Source: an uncultured Acidobacteriota bacterium (GTDB lineage: Bacteria; Acidobacteriota; Thermoanaerobaculia; Multivoradales; SZUA-115). Taken from it: a DNA stretch of 64,000 nucleotides. The stretch lies in the NCBI GenBank assembly GCA_963805975.1, contig CAWDVR010000001.1, positions 448,001 through 512,000 of the forward strand, in the 5' to 3' direction. The position numbers and the translations under genes are program-made. Shown piece after piece: positions 28,583-39,300 of the stretch (positions are counted from its first letter, which is position 1; each line of letters begins with the position of its first letter). Below the pieces are notes generated by a model, which ran no database searches, was not told where the DNA came from, and saw nothing but the letters and a program-made list of their open reading frames with translations.

Positions 28583-30889
28583 TCAGCCCGCCGCCGCTTC
28601 CACCCGGTTGCGGCCGGCGCTCTTGGCGCGATAGAGGGCCTGGTCCGCGGCGGCGATCAGCGCCTGAGGCATGGTGCCGTTGAGCTGGGGGGTCTCCCAC
28701 AGGCTGGCGAGCCCGGTCGAAAGGGTGGTGCGCATGCGCGCGCCGTCCTCCGCCTCGACCTCGACCTCGGCCACCGTCCGTCGCAGCTTGTCGGCCACCT
28801 GCCGGGCGCCCTCGAGGTCGGTCTCGGGCAGCACGAGCAGGAACTCCTCGCCCCCGTAGCGGCCGATCGAGTCCGAGGTCCTGATCTCGGTCCTGAGCGC
28901 CTGCGCCACGGCGCGCAACAGGCCGTCCCCCGCCAGGTGGCCGTGGCGATCGTTGACCTGCTTGAAGTGATCGAGGTCGAGCATGCCCACGGTCAGCGGG
29001 CGCTGGTGGCGCTGGGCGCGCTGCAGCTCGAGCCCCAGGCGCTCGAGGATCGCCTCGCGGCGCAGGAGCCCGGTGAGCCCGTCGTCGGTCACCGCTTCGA
29101 ACAGGCGCGCGTTCTCGAGCACCGTCGCCACGTGATGGGCGAGGAGCGCCAGCATCTCGACCTCGTCGCCGGGGAAGGAGCGGCCGTTGGCCTTCGGCCC
29201 CAGGACCAGCACTCCCACGAGCTGTTGCTGGTGGAGGAGCGGTGCCACCAGCGCGCCGTCGACCAGGCGCAGCAGGCGCGCGAACGAGCCGCCGCTGCCG
29301 GCCAGGCGCTCGATCGACACCGGCTGCCCGGCGGCCACCAGCCGCTCGACCCCCGGATCGGCCAGCGGCACGAAGAGCGGCGGCGAGGCGAGGCTCGTCT
29401 CGTCGCGCACGCTCGCCACGGTCACCAGGGGGCCGGCATCCTGGTGCGCGAGCAGGAGAGAGGCGGTGCGGGTGCCGAAGATGTCGCACAGGCTGTCGAC
29501 CAGGTGGCGGCCCATGGCCGGCAGCCGGGCCTTGGTGGGCAGCTCGCCGGCAAGGGCGATGAGGCGCTGGCGCAGCGCGTCGCGCTGCGGAAAGAAGCGG
29601 TGGTCGATCAGGTTCTGCAGTCGCGTCTTGAGCGGCGAGAACAGCAGGCCGCTGACCAGCGTGGCGCCGCCCACCACCCACACCGAGCTCATGCCGTCCA
29701 CGAGCTCGGAGAAGAGGGCACCACCGATTCCCACGCCGGTGTAGAACAGCAGCACCAGGAGCGAGGTCAGCGCGGTGTAGACCAGGCTCCGTCGCACCAC
29801 GAGCTGCAGGTTGAAGAGGTGCGAACGGAAGATGGCGACGAAGACCGCGATCGGCAGACAGATCAGCGCCACCGACTCGAGGTCGTTGAGCCAGTCGGGG
29901 TTGAAGATCCCCCGGCGCAGGCGCACGGCGTTGAACACCGTCAGGGCCGCCCAGGGAAACGTGCCGAGCAGGATCAGTGCGGCCTGCTGGCGGCCGACGA
30001 TTTGGGGCCAACCGTAGGTTGTGGCTCCCAGCAGCAGGACCACCGCCAGCGCCCATCCCGGCAGGAACCACAGGCCCAGGAACTGGCTGACGTCGCCCGC
30101 GGAGAAGGGGAGCGGGCTCGGGAGCCGGAGCTGGCTCGCCAGGTAGATGAACGAGGCCAGGGCCGCGAAGCCGAGCCCCAGCACGTAGTAGAGCGAGGCG
30201 AGCCAGGGGCGACGGACCAGGAACGGCCGCCGTTCCGGGATCATCGACACCAGGTGGAGCTCGGTCGCGCACTCGAGCCCGGTGAGGAAGTAGAAGGCGA
30301 CGTTGGCGGCGACCGCCAGCCACGGCACCCCGATCGAGCCCAGCGGCAGCGTCAGCTCGGCGGCAATGGCCAGCGCCAGGATACCCAGCAGCCGGGTGCG
30401 CAGATCGGAGAGCGGTTGCAACAGGGCCAGGGCCGCGAGGGCCAGGTAGCAGAGCACGGCGAAGACGTTGAGCAGCCGGCGCAGCCAGGAAGCGCCGGTC
30501 CCCGGGGTCACCGCCAGGGTCCGCTCCTCACCGCCTCGGCGCAGGGTGTAGGCCACCGGCCGGCCGCGCTCGAAGCCACGGGCCACGAGGTCGTAGTCCA
30601 CCTCGCTGACCACGGCCCTGCCGTCGAGCGCCACCAGGACGTCGCCGCGCTGGAGCCCGGCGCGGTGGGCCGGGCCGCCTTCCTGGATGCCGGTCACCAG
30701 CAGGTGCTTGCCCTCGACCTCGAGCCCGATGCCTACCCGCCGCCCGGCGGCGGTGTGGTAGGTGAGGAGCTGGAAGAGCAGCAGCCCGAGGATGAGGACG
30801 GCCGCTCCCGCGACAAGAGCCTTTCTTCCCGGCAGGTGACGAATCTCCTTTGAATCGATAAGGATACCCGAGATTCGTCGGCGCAACAC
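28583..30889 (-). CDS. Membrane diguanylate cyclase, PDZ-TM-GAF-GGDEF; true start possibly CTG 30835
   Basis: GPAHRAGLQRGD (PDZ), multiple TMs, GAF-like region, DLDHFKQVND, RTSD I-site, GGEEF. Confidence 0.9.
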   Translation of the reverse strand: MLRRRISGILIDSKEIRHLPGRKALVAGAAVLILGLLLFQLLTYHTAAGRRVGIGLEVEGKHLLVTGIQEGGPAHRAGLQRGDVLVALDGRAVVSEVDYDLVARGFERGRPVAYTLRRGGEERTLAVTPGTGASWLRRLLNVFAVLCYLALAALALLQPLSDLRTRLLGILALAIAAELTLPLGSIGVPWLAVAANVAFYFLTGLECATELHLVSMIPERRPFLVRRPWLASLYYVLGLGFAALASFIYLASQLRLPSPLPFSAGDVSQFLGLWFLPGWALAVVLLLGATTYGWPQIVGRQQAALILLGTFPWAALTVFNAVRLRRGIFNPDWLNDLESVALICLPIAVFVAIFRSHLFNLQLVVRRSLVYTALTSLLVLLFYTGVGIGGALFSELVDGMSSVWVVGGATLVSGLLFSPLKTRLQNLIDHRFFPQRDALRQRLIALAGELPTKARLPAMGRHLVDSLCDIFGTRTASLLLAHQDAGPLVTVASVRDETSLASPPLFVPLADPGVERLVAAGQPVSIERLAGSGGSFARLLRLVDGALVAPLLHQQQLVGVLVLGPKANGRSFPGDEVEMLALLAHHVATVLENARLFEAVTDDGLTGLLRREAILERLGLELQRAQRHQRPLTVGMLDLDHFKQVNDRHGHLAGDGLLRAVAQALRTEIRTSDSIGRYGGEEFLLVLPETDLEGARQVADKLRRTVAEVEVEAEDGARMRTTLSTGLASLWETPQLNGTMPQALIAAADQALYRAKSAGRNRVEAAAG

Positions 30890-30986
30890 CAGGTGCGAAA
30901 GTGGAGGAAGACGGCAGGGTGGAACGGCTGTTCGCGCATCGCGCGAAGGTCGGCTCCGCGGCGGCCAAGCTCGCCTACCATTGGGG

Positions 30987-33770
30987 TCAGCGCTCGACGA
31001 CGACCGCCGCGGTGCTCTCGAGCCAGCCCTTCTCGCCGCTCGGCAGGGCCACGCAGATCCAGCCGTCCTCGTGCCCGCGCACCTCCACCTCGCTGCCGGC
31101 GTGGAGCTTGAAGCGCACCAGCGCCTCGGGGTCGGCGGCGGCCCGCGCCTCGACCTCCTGCGGCACGACCACCGCCACCCGCTCCGGGGCGAGCGCCCTC
31201 GCGGCGAGAGATCCGGCAGCCCCCGCTGCGGCGAGCGCCAGGGCGAAGGCAGACCAGCGCAGCCACTCCCCGCGGCGCAGGACCAGCCGCAGGGCCAGGC
31301 AGGACCAGAAGAGCAGGTTCACGGCGAGCAGGAACCGCCAGAGCTCGGCGCGGCTCGCGCGGTAGTGCCAGGGAACGAGCGCCGCAGCGAGGGCCGGTGC
31401 CGCCGGCGGGGCCAGCGCGTCCTTGGCCGAGCGGCGGGCGTGCGCCAGGTTGGCGGCGAGGTCGCTCGAGCGCGGCTGCCGTGCCTCGGCCTCACGGTAG
31501 GCGGCGATGGCGCGGCCCAGCTCGCCGTTTCGCAGGTACGCGTTGCCCAGGTTGTAGAACAGGTGGCCGTGGTCGAAGCCGCGGGCGACGAGCGCCTCGT
31601 AGTCGGCGGCGGCCCGGCTGTAGTCGCCGGCGTCGTAGGCCGCGTTGGCGGCGGCGAACGCCACCGCGGGCTCGAGCGGCGCGGCGGCCGCGGCGGTGCC
31701 CGCCACCACGAGCGCCAGCAAGAGGGTGGTCACGCCGGCCCCGGAGACCAGTCCAGCTTGCCCCAGGCCGGCGCGGCGGCCGGAGCCTGCCTGCAGATCG
31801 CGGTCGAGCTGGCGGACCGTGTCCTCGAGCTCGGCCAGCAGTTGGGCCAGCTCCGCGCCCGCCTCACGGCCGCAGTAGCGCGCGCCTTCGAGCCGGCCGA
31901 GGAGGCCGTGGACTCGGGCCACCAGCTCCGGACGCACGCCGCGAGCGACGAGGTGGGCGCCGGCCTCGTCCGGAGTGAGGGCGGTGCCTTCGAGGCCCAG
32001 CTTGTCGCCCACGTACTGGCGCAGGCAGAGCGAGGCAAGGGCCACGGCCTCCGGCGTCCGGCTGGCGGCTGCCGTCTGCTGCGCCTGCCCCGCCTGTGCG
32101 AGGGCGGTGCGGAGCGCTCTCTGCCGGCGCCGGAGGCCGCCGTCGAGCGCGAAACGCCGCTGCCTTTGCCGCCAAAAAAAGAGCCCGAGGAAGGCGAGCG
32201 CGGGCGCGGCGAGGCCGGCCGCCAGCAGCGCCTGCGCGGGCGCTCCGGCCCTCACCGCGTCCGTTCCGCGGTAGATCGGCAGGAGGTCGTCGGCCAGCAC
32301 CTGCACCGCCACTTTGCCGGTGGTGGCCGCCATCGCCTCGGTGAGCCTCAGCTCCTCGTGACCGGCGCCCGGCGCCACCGCCAGCGACAGCGGCGCGGAG
32401 GAAGCCGTGCGGTAGTCCCCGGCCGCGGGATCGAAGTACACCAGGGAGAGCGCGGGCAGCTCGAGGGTGCCGGCGGCGAGCGGCACCAGGGCCTTGACGA
32501 AGGTCTTCCGGCCGCGGATCTGGTCGCCGGTGCGCTCCAGGGAAGCGGTGGGCTTGTCGTCGTAGACCTTGAAGGCCGAAAGGTCCGGCATCTTCGGCTC
32601 GCCGATCATCGTCGCGTTGCCGGCGCCCGAGACGGTGACCTTGAGCGTCGTCGACTCGCCCGCCGCCAGGCTCGACTTCGACAGCGAGGCGTCGACGGCG
32701 AAGCGTCCCACCAGGCCGCTGAAACCGGGGGGGGCCGGCGGCAGAGGGCGCACCTCCAATTCTACCGGCGGGGTCCCCAAGCGGCGCGGCTGCTGCTCGA
32801 CGCGGCCCCAGATCTCGTCGAAGAGGCTGCCGGTCCGGGCCCGGCGCTGCACGAGCACGGTGGCCTCGAGACGCGGGCCGGTGGCCGCGATCTTGCCCTC
32901 CTGTTGCGGGAAGAGCGCCTTGCGCACCTCGGTCACGCGGTAGAGCTGGCCCTGGAACGAGTCCTGATACTCCCTGGCGCTGCCCAGGTCCTCGACCGCG
33001 AAGCCGGGGATCTCGAAGGCCCCGACCCGTGCCTCGCCGACCCGCACGCGGGTGTAGAGGCGCCAGGTGTACACGACCTGCTCGCCCAGGTAGGGCCGCG
33101 GGTTCGACACCGCGGCGGTGATGAACAGATCCCGCCGCTCGGCGGCCGTGGCATCGGCAGCCGCCCTTCCGGGAGCCCCTCTTCCGGGAGCCCCCATTCC
33201 CGGAACCGGGGCGCCCGCCTGCGGCACGCCAAAGCTCTGCCGCTCGGCCTCGACGATGCGCACCCGGATCGGCTGGCTCTCCCGGCGGACGCCGCCCACC
33301 TCGACCGCGATCGGCCCGATCAGGAGCTCGCCGGTGCGCCGGGGCAGCAGGACGTAGGTGAAGGTGACGCTGGCCGCGGTCTGGCCGGCCACGATCTGGA
33401 ACTGGGTCGAGGTGCCCACCGGGCGCACCTCGAAGTCCGGGAGCGCGGGAAGCTCGGGCGGGTGCGCGGCTTGGCCCTCGAGGGTGACGGAGAGGACGAT
33501 CTGGTCCTCGAGCGTCGCCTCGGAGCGGTCGACCGTGGCGCGGATGGCTTGAGCCTGGGCGGCGGTGGCAAGCAGGAACCCGAGCAGCGCGAGTGAGGCG
33601 GCTGCGGAAAGGCCCCTCCCCCTAGCCCTCTCCCCGCACGCGGGGAGAGGGTACCGGAAGGCGTCCGCCACGGGATTCCCGGCCGTAGGGGCGACCCTCG
33701 TGGTCGCCCTCCTGGCCGGCACCTGGTCTGCGCCTTCGTCTCGCGACAGTGCCACCATCGCCTTCCTCAC
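30987..33770 (-). CDS. batD: BatD family protein fused to a BatE-like TPR/SH3 domain
   Basis: ATVDRS, PYLGEQVVYT, GLVGRF, YFDP, TM, then TPR (YNLGNAYLR) and SH3-like VEVRGHEDGW...GWL; GTG overlaps the batC stop. Confidence 0.87.
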   Translation of the reverse strand: MRKAMVALSRDEGADQVPARRATTRVAPTAGNPVADAFRYPLPACGERARGRGLSAAASLALLGFLLATAAQAQAIRATVDRSEATLEDQIVLSVTLEGQAAHPPELPALPDFEVRPVGTSTQFQIVAGQTAASVTFTYVLLPRRTGELLIGPIAVEVGGVRRESQPIRVRIVEAERQSFGVPQAGAPVPGMGAPGRGAPGRAAADATAAERRDLFITAAVSNPRPYLGEQVVYTWRLYTRVRVGEARVGAFEIPGFAVEDLGSAREYQDSFQGQLYRVTEVRKALFPQQEGKIAATGPRLEATVLVQRRARTGSLFDEIWGRVEQQPRRLGTPPVELEVRPLPPAPPGFSGLVGRFAVDASLSKSSLAAGESTTLKVTVSGAGNATMIGEPKMPDLSAFKVYDDKPTASLERTGDQIRGRKTFVKALVPLAAGTLELPALSLVYFDPAAGDYRTASSAPLSLAVAPGAGHEELRLTEAMAATTGKVAVQVLADDLLPIYRGTDAVRAGAPAQALLAAGLAAPALAFLGLFFWRQRQRRFALDGGLRRRQRALRTALAQAGQAQQTAAASRTPEAVALASLCLRQYVGDKLGLEGTALTPDEAGAHLVARGVRPELVARVHGLLGRLEGARYCGREAGAELAQLLAELEDTVRQLDRDLQAGSGRRAGLGQAGLVSGAGVTTLLLALVVAGTAAAAAPLEPAVAFAAANAAYDAGDYSRAAADYEALVARGFDHGHLFYNLGNAYLRNGELGRAIAAYREAEARQPRSSDLAANLAHARRSAKDALAPPAAPALAAALVPWHYRASRAELWRFLLAVNLLFWSCLALRLVLRRGEWLRWSAFALALAAAGAAGSLAARALAPERVAVVVPQEVEARAAADPEALVRFKLHAGSEVEVRGHEDGWICVALPSGEKGWLESTAAVVVER
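33613..33651. repeat. Family A repeat lying inside the batD 5' coding region
   Basis: CCCCTCCCCCTAGCCCTCTCCCCGC-AC-GCGGGGAGAGGG. Confidence 0.8.
33685..33709 (+). repeat. GTAG-type REP inside the batD 5' coding region
   Basis: GTAG-GGGCGACC-CTCGT-GGTCGCCC (GTAG tag plus 8-bp stem). Confidence 0.75.
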
Positions 33771-34636
33771 CAGTCTTTACCTCCCTTGGCGCGCTGGCCG
33801 CGCTGCGGGGCCTTCTTGTTCTGCGGCCGGCCTTCTTCGAGCATCGCCAGGTAGCGGTCGGCCTCCTCCTTGGTCATCTCTCGTGCCGAGGCGCCCGGCC
33901 TTTGCTGCGGGCTGCCTTCGGGCCGAGGCTCGTCTTGCGCGCCCGGCCGCGGCTCGGGCTGCTGCTGTTGCTGTGGGTCGGAGCCCGGCTGCTGCGGGTC
34001 GGGCCGGGGCTGGCCGGGTTGGTTCTGCGGCTGCTGTTGCTGCTGTTGATCTTGTTCTTGCCGGCCTTGCTGCGGGTCCTGCTGTTTCTGTTGTTGATCC
34101 TGCTGCTGTTGGTTCTGCTGTTGCTGCTGCTTCTTCTGTTCCTGCTTGCGGCGCTCCAGCTCCTGGCGCACGAAGTCGAGATTGAACTTTGCGTCGGCGT
34201 CCTCGGGATCGACGCCGAGCGCCGCCTCGTAGTGGCGGATCGCGTCCTCCAGCTTGCCCTGGCGGTAAGAGGTGTTGCCGAGGTTGTAGAAGGCGTGCTC
34301 GGCGAGCCGTTTGTCCTGGCCCTCGGCTACCACCTGGTAGACGGTCTCTGCCGCTCCGAAGTCACCCAGCTTGTAGGCGGAGCCCCCCTCGGCGAGCTTC
34401 AGGCCCTGGCTCTCCGGCTGCCTTGCCAGCCGGTCGCGGAAGCCTTGCAGGGCCTGGTCGTAGAGGCCGGCCTCGTAGGCCACGTACGGGTCGCGCACCT
34501 TCTTCCCGCCCTGTTTCTTGCCGGCCTGGTCCCTGCCAGGAGGGGGCTCCGCCGGCGGCGCGGCGGCGGCCAGCGCGCTCCCGAGCACCAGGACCGCCAG
34601 CCCGAGGGCGGCGAGGAGAGGGCTCCGGCTAGACAC
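33767..34636 (-). CDS. batC: BatC-like TPR protein with Gln-rich linker
   Basis: AFYNLGNTSYRQ, DADAKFNL, poly-Q tract, EEADRYL, terminal KDW. Confidence 0.85.
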   Translation of the reverse strand: MSSRSPLLAALGLAVLVLGSALAAAAPPAEPPPGRDQAGKKQGGKKVRDPYVAYEAGLYDQALQGFRDRLARQPESQGLKLAEGGSAYKLGDFGAAETVYQVVAEGQDKRLAEHAFYNLGNTSYRQGKLEDAIRHYEAALGVDPEDADAKFNLDFVRQELERRKQEQKKQQQQQNQQQQDQQQKQQDPQQGRQEQDQQQQQQPQNQPGQPRPDPQQPGSDPQQQQQPEPRPGAQDEPRPEGSPQQRPGASAREMTKEEADRYLAMLEEGRPQNKKAPQRGQRAKGGKDW

Positions 34637-35684
34637 GGACCGCCTCCTCCCGTCCGGGTGCGGTCGAGCGCTCGCGAAGCGGCCCGCGCTCGGGCACCAG
34701 CGGCTCGAGCATCAGGGCGGCGAGCGCCACGGCGAGCGCCCACTGGAAGCGGTCGTTCCAGCGCTGCCGGCGGCGCGAGCCGAGATCGCGATCCTCGAGG
34801 GTGGCCTTGATGCCCTGGGCGTAGATCTGCTCGAGATCCACGTCGCCGGTCACCGAGCGTACGTAGCGCCCGCCGGTTGCGAGCGCGAGCTTCTGCAGGG
34901 TGGGCTCTCCCAGCCGCGAGAGGATGAGCTCGCCGTGGGCGTCGCGCCGGAAGCCGCCGCCGGGGGAGGGGATGGGCGCCCCCTCGTCGCGGCCGATGCC
35001 GATGGCGAAGATCTTGACCCCCGCCGCCTTGGCCGCCTCGCCCGCGGCCAGCACCTCGCCCTCGTGGTCCTCGCCGTCGGTGATCAGCAAAATGGCCCGC
35101 GAGCCCGCCGCCGCCGTGCCGCCTTCGAAGGCTCCCAGCGACGTGTGGATGGCCTCGGCCAGGGCCGTGCCCTTGACCGGGATCAGATCGGGCTCGAGCG
35201 CCGAGAGGAAGATCTCGGCGGCGCCGTAGTCCAGGGTCAGCGGGCACTCGACGAAGGCGGCGCCGGCGAAGGCCACCAGGCCCACGCGGTCGCCGTCCAG
35301 CCGGCGCAGCAGGTCGACGATCTCGCGCCGGGCGCGGTCGAGCCGCGAGAGCTTCTCGCCCGCGGCGGCGTCCTCGACCAGCATCGAGTCCGAGACGTCG
35401 AAGGCGATCACCACGTCGACCCCGCGACGCTGCACCTCTTCCCAGGTGAAGCCGTGCTCGAGCCCGGCGAGGGAGAGCAGGGCCGCGGTGAGCCCCAGGA
35501 GCACCAGGATCGCCTTCACCACCTGCCGCGGGCGAGACGCGCCGGCCGCGAGCCGCGGCAGCAGCCGGGCGCTCGCGAAGCGCTCCAGGAGGCGGGCCTT
35601 GCGGCGGAAGGCGTAGAGATAGAACACGGCGGCGACCGGCACCAGCCACAGCAACCACAGCGACTCGGGGCGACCGATCCTCAT
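34629..35684 (-). CDS. batB: BatB VWA domain membrane protein
   Basis: ATG overlaps the batA stop; DVSDSM, DRVGLVAFAG, CPLTLDY, LITDGEDH. Confidence 0.9.
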   Translation of the reverse strand: MRIGRPESLWLLWLVPVAAVFYLYAFRRKARLLERFASARLLPRLAAGASRPRQVVKAILVLLGLTAALLSLAGLEHGFTWEEVQRRGVDVVIAFDVSDSMLVEDAAAGEKLSRLDRARREIVDLLRRLDGDRVGLVAFAGAAFVECPLTLDYGAAEIFLSALEPDLIPVKGTALAEAIHTSLGAFEGGTAAAGSRAILLITDGEDHEGEVLAAGEAAKAAGVKIFAIGIGRDEGAPIPSPGGGFRRDAHGELILSRLGEPTLQKLALATGGRYVRSVTGDVDLEQIYAQGIKATLEDRDLGSRRRQRWNDRFQWALAVALAALMLEPLVPERGPLRERSTAPGREEAVRV

Positions 35685-36727
35685 GGCAGCTTCCTGAAGC
35701 GCGTGCCCAGGGCGACGATCTCGAGCACCAGGAGCGCCAGCGCCGGCACCACGAACCAGGTGTAGCGGTCCAGGCGCTCGACGTGCGAGCGGGTGACGAT
35801 CTCGGTCTTCTCCAGTTGGTCGATCTGGTCGTAGATGGCGGCGAGCGCGGTGCCGTCCTCGGCGCGGAAGTAGGCGCCGCCGGTCAGCTTCGCCATCTCG
35901 GTGAGCATCGGCTCGTCGATCTCCACGTCGTCGTAGACCACCTGCTTGCCGAGCAGCGTGTCGATGAGGAAGGGCGCTTTGCCGCGCGTGCCGGCGGCGA
36001 TGGTGTAGAGCTTGATGCCGTAGGTCTGGGCGATACGTGCCGCGGTCAGCGGCGCGACGGTGCCGGCGTTGTTGCGGCCGTCGGTGAGCAGGATGATTAC
36101 CTTGGACTTGGCGGGCGAGGCCTTGAGCCGCTTGACCGCGGTGGCGAGCGCCGAGCCGATGGCGGTCGAGTCGCCGGCCATGCCGATCTCCACCCGCTCG
36201 AGGAGCTGCAGCACCACGCCGTGGTCCAGGGTGAGCGGGCACTGGGTGAAGGCCTCGGCACCGAAGACCACCAGGCCCACGGGATCGTTCTCGCGCTTGC
36301 CGATGAAGGACTCGACCACGCTCTTGGCCACCACGAGTCGGTTGCGGCGCGCGCCGAGCGGCCGGTCGGCATCGAGGTCGAGAGCCTGCATCGAGCCCGA
36401 GGTGTCGAGCACCAGCAGGATGTCGATGCCGTGGGTGGTCACCTGGGTCTCGCGGCGCTCGGCCTGCGGGCGCGCCATGGCGAGCACCAGGAGCGCCACG
36501 GTGGCGAGGCGCAGGCCCTGGAACAACGGGCGCAGGCGCACGGTCCAGGCCGGCGCCTGCCTTGCCAGGCGGGCGAGCGAGGAGTAGTGGAGGGTGGCGT
36601 CGCGCCGTGCCGCGCGCCGTGGCAGGAGCCACCAGGCCGCGGCCCAGGCGAGGAAGAGCGGCACCAGCACCCAGAGGAGCCGTGGCTCGCCGAACGACAG
36701 CTCCGACAGCGACGGAGGAAGGCTCAC
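35681..36727 (-). CDS. batA: BatA VWA domain membrane protein
   Basis: AMARPQ, DTSGSM, CPLTLDH, TAIGSALA, LLTDGRNNAG, IDQLEKT. Confidence 0.92.
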   Translation of the reverse strand: MSLPPSLSELSFGEPRLLWVLVPLFLAWAAAWWLLPRRAARRDATLHYSSLARLARQAPAWTVRLRPLFQGLRLATVALLVLAMARPQAERRETQVTTHGIDILLVLDTSGSMQALDLDADRPLGARRNRLVVAKSVVESFIGKRENDPVGLVVFGAEAFTQCPLTLDHGVVLQLLERVEIGMAGDSTAIGSALATAVKRLKASPAKSKVIILLTDGRNNAGTVAPLTAARIAQTYGIKLYTIAAGTRGKAPFLIDTLLGKQVVYDDVEIDEPMLTEMAKLTGGAYFRAEDGTALAAIYDQIDQLEKTEIVTRSHVERLDRYTWFVVPALALLVLEIVALGTRFRKLP

Positions 36728-37238
36728 GCCGCGGCCTCCGTCGCCTCGCCCGAGCGCGTCGCATCGACGAACGCGTGCGCCCCGCGGAGGGTCTCCCGGA
36801 TCTCGCCCTCGCCCGGCAAGTGGGCCGCGAACTTCACGCGGTCGGTGTCGCCGAGAAAGCGCCGCAGGCGTTCGCCGGCGGCCGGGCCGAGCGCGGGGAT
36901 GGCAGGCATCCGGCGCACGATCTCCTCGCTCGTCAGGTCGGTGGCGTTGAGACCGAAGCGCGCCTCGACATAGACACGAACCACCTCGGAGAGCTCGAAG
37001 TAGGCGCGCCGCAGGGCGGCACGGTCGGTGAAGTCGGTCGCTCCCAGTCGGTCGAGCGCCGCGAGGACGATCTCGTGCGCCGGCAGCGCCGGGGCCGCGG
37101 GCTTCGCATGGCGCCGCGCCACAGCCAGAAGGCGAGGAGCGCCAGGGCCAGCAGAGCGAGGCCGGCGAGCGCGATCCAGCCCCAGGGCGGCGGCAGGGGC
37201 ACCCGCTCGAGCGGCTTGATGTCGCGGATGTCCATCAT
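36724..37238 (-). pseudogene. DUF4381-like Bat operon protein split by a 1-nt frameshift near 37117
   Basis: The N-terminus (MMDIRDIK...TM...FWLWR) and the C-terminus (HAKPAAP...LSEVVRVYVEARFG...DRVKFA) are in different frames; adding one base gives WRRRHAK. Confidence 0.8.
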
Positions 37239-38154
37239 TTCCGCCCCCTCCGCCGCCGCTTCTCGCGGGCGCGGAAGAAGCGCACCAGGGAGTCGATGTA
37301 GGGCTCGTCGGTCGCCACCGACACCTCGTCGGCACCGGCCGCGCGCAGCAGGCCGCTCAAGGCCTCGGCCTCGCCGCGGCTGGCGCGCGCCAGGCCCTCC
37401 ACCACCCGGCGGTCGGAGGTGTCCACCACCAGCGTGGCGCCGGTCTCGGCGTCCTCGAGCTCGATCAGGCCGACCCGCGGCAGCTCGCGCTCGCGGCGGT
37501 CGCTGACCACCACCGCCGTCAGGTCGTGCCGCGCCGCCGCCAGGCGCAGGCGGTGCTCGAAGCCCTGGTCGAGGAAGTCGGAGATCAGAAAGCTCACCGC
37601 GCGCCGCGGCGTCACCTTGAGCAGCAGCTCGAGCGCGGCGTCGAGGTCGGTGCCGCGGCCCGCCGGCCGGAAAGAGAGGATCTCGCGGATCACCCGCCAG
37701 ACGTGGGCGCGGCCCTTCTTCGGCGGGATGTAGAGCTCGACCGAGTCCGAGAACAGGATCAGGCCCACGCGGTCGTTGCTCCGGATCGCGGTGTAGGCGA
37801 GGAGCGCCGCCACCTCGGCCGCCACCTCGTGCTTGAGCTTGGCGTGGGAGCCGAAGGCGCCCGAGGAGCTGACGTCGACCAGCAGCATCACGGTGAGCTG
37901 GCGCTCCTCGCGGTGCTGCTTGACGTGCGGGGCGCCGAGCCGTGCCGTGACGTTCCAGTCGATGTGCCGCACGTCGTCGCCGGGCTGGTACTCCCGCACC
38001 TGCTCGAACTCCATGCCCCGGCCGCGGAAGGCGCTCTCGTACTCGCCGGCCACCACCTCGGTCACCAGGCGCTGGGTGCGGATCTGGATCGCCCTGATCT
38101 TGGCGAAGAGCTCCGGCGAGAGAGCCGCGGCGGGATCGGTGGCGGGAGCGGCGC

Positions 38155-38158
<4 letters not shown>
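37235..38158 (-). CDS. DUF58 family protein (MoxR-associated)
   Basis: GRGMEFEQVREYQPGDDVRHIDWNVTAR, DVSSS, FLISDF; TTG overlaps the moxR stop. Confidence 0.92.
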
Positions 38159-39147
<989 letters not shown>

Positions 39148-39262
39148 GCGATTCTTCTCCCGGCAAATCGTGGCGGAAACGTGGCGAGGGCCGCCGATTT
39201 GACGCCTCCCGAGCCGGCAAGGCCGGCCTGAAGGGTCGATTGGGCTGCCTGGGGCGGCAGGG

Positions 39263-39278
39263 AGCAAGCAGTGTGCCA
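39263..39278 (-). promoter_or_regulatory. Sigma54 promoter motif upstream of the moxR-bat operon
   Basis: Exact TGGCAC-ACTGC-TTGCT, about 115 nt upstream of the moxR ATG. Confidence 0.7.
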
Positions 39279-39300
39279 GTGAATCCAGGTTCCCTGGCCG

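Noticed and set aside
33164-33214. 15-nt imperfect tandem repeat in batD (GAPGR units)
   Set aside because: Short in-frame linker duplication with no further signal
33900-34150. CAG-rich tract as a contingency repeat
   Set aside because: Imperfect mixed-codon Gln-rich linker typical of BatC-like proteins
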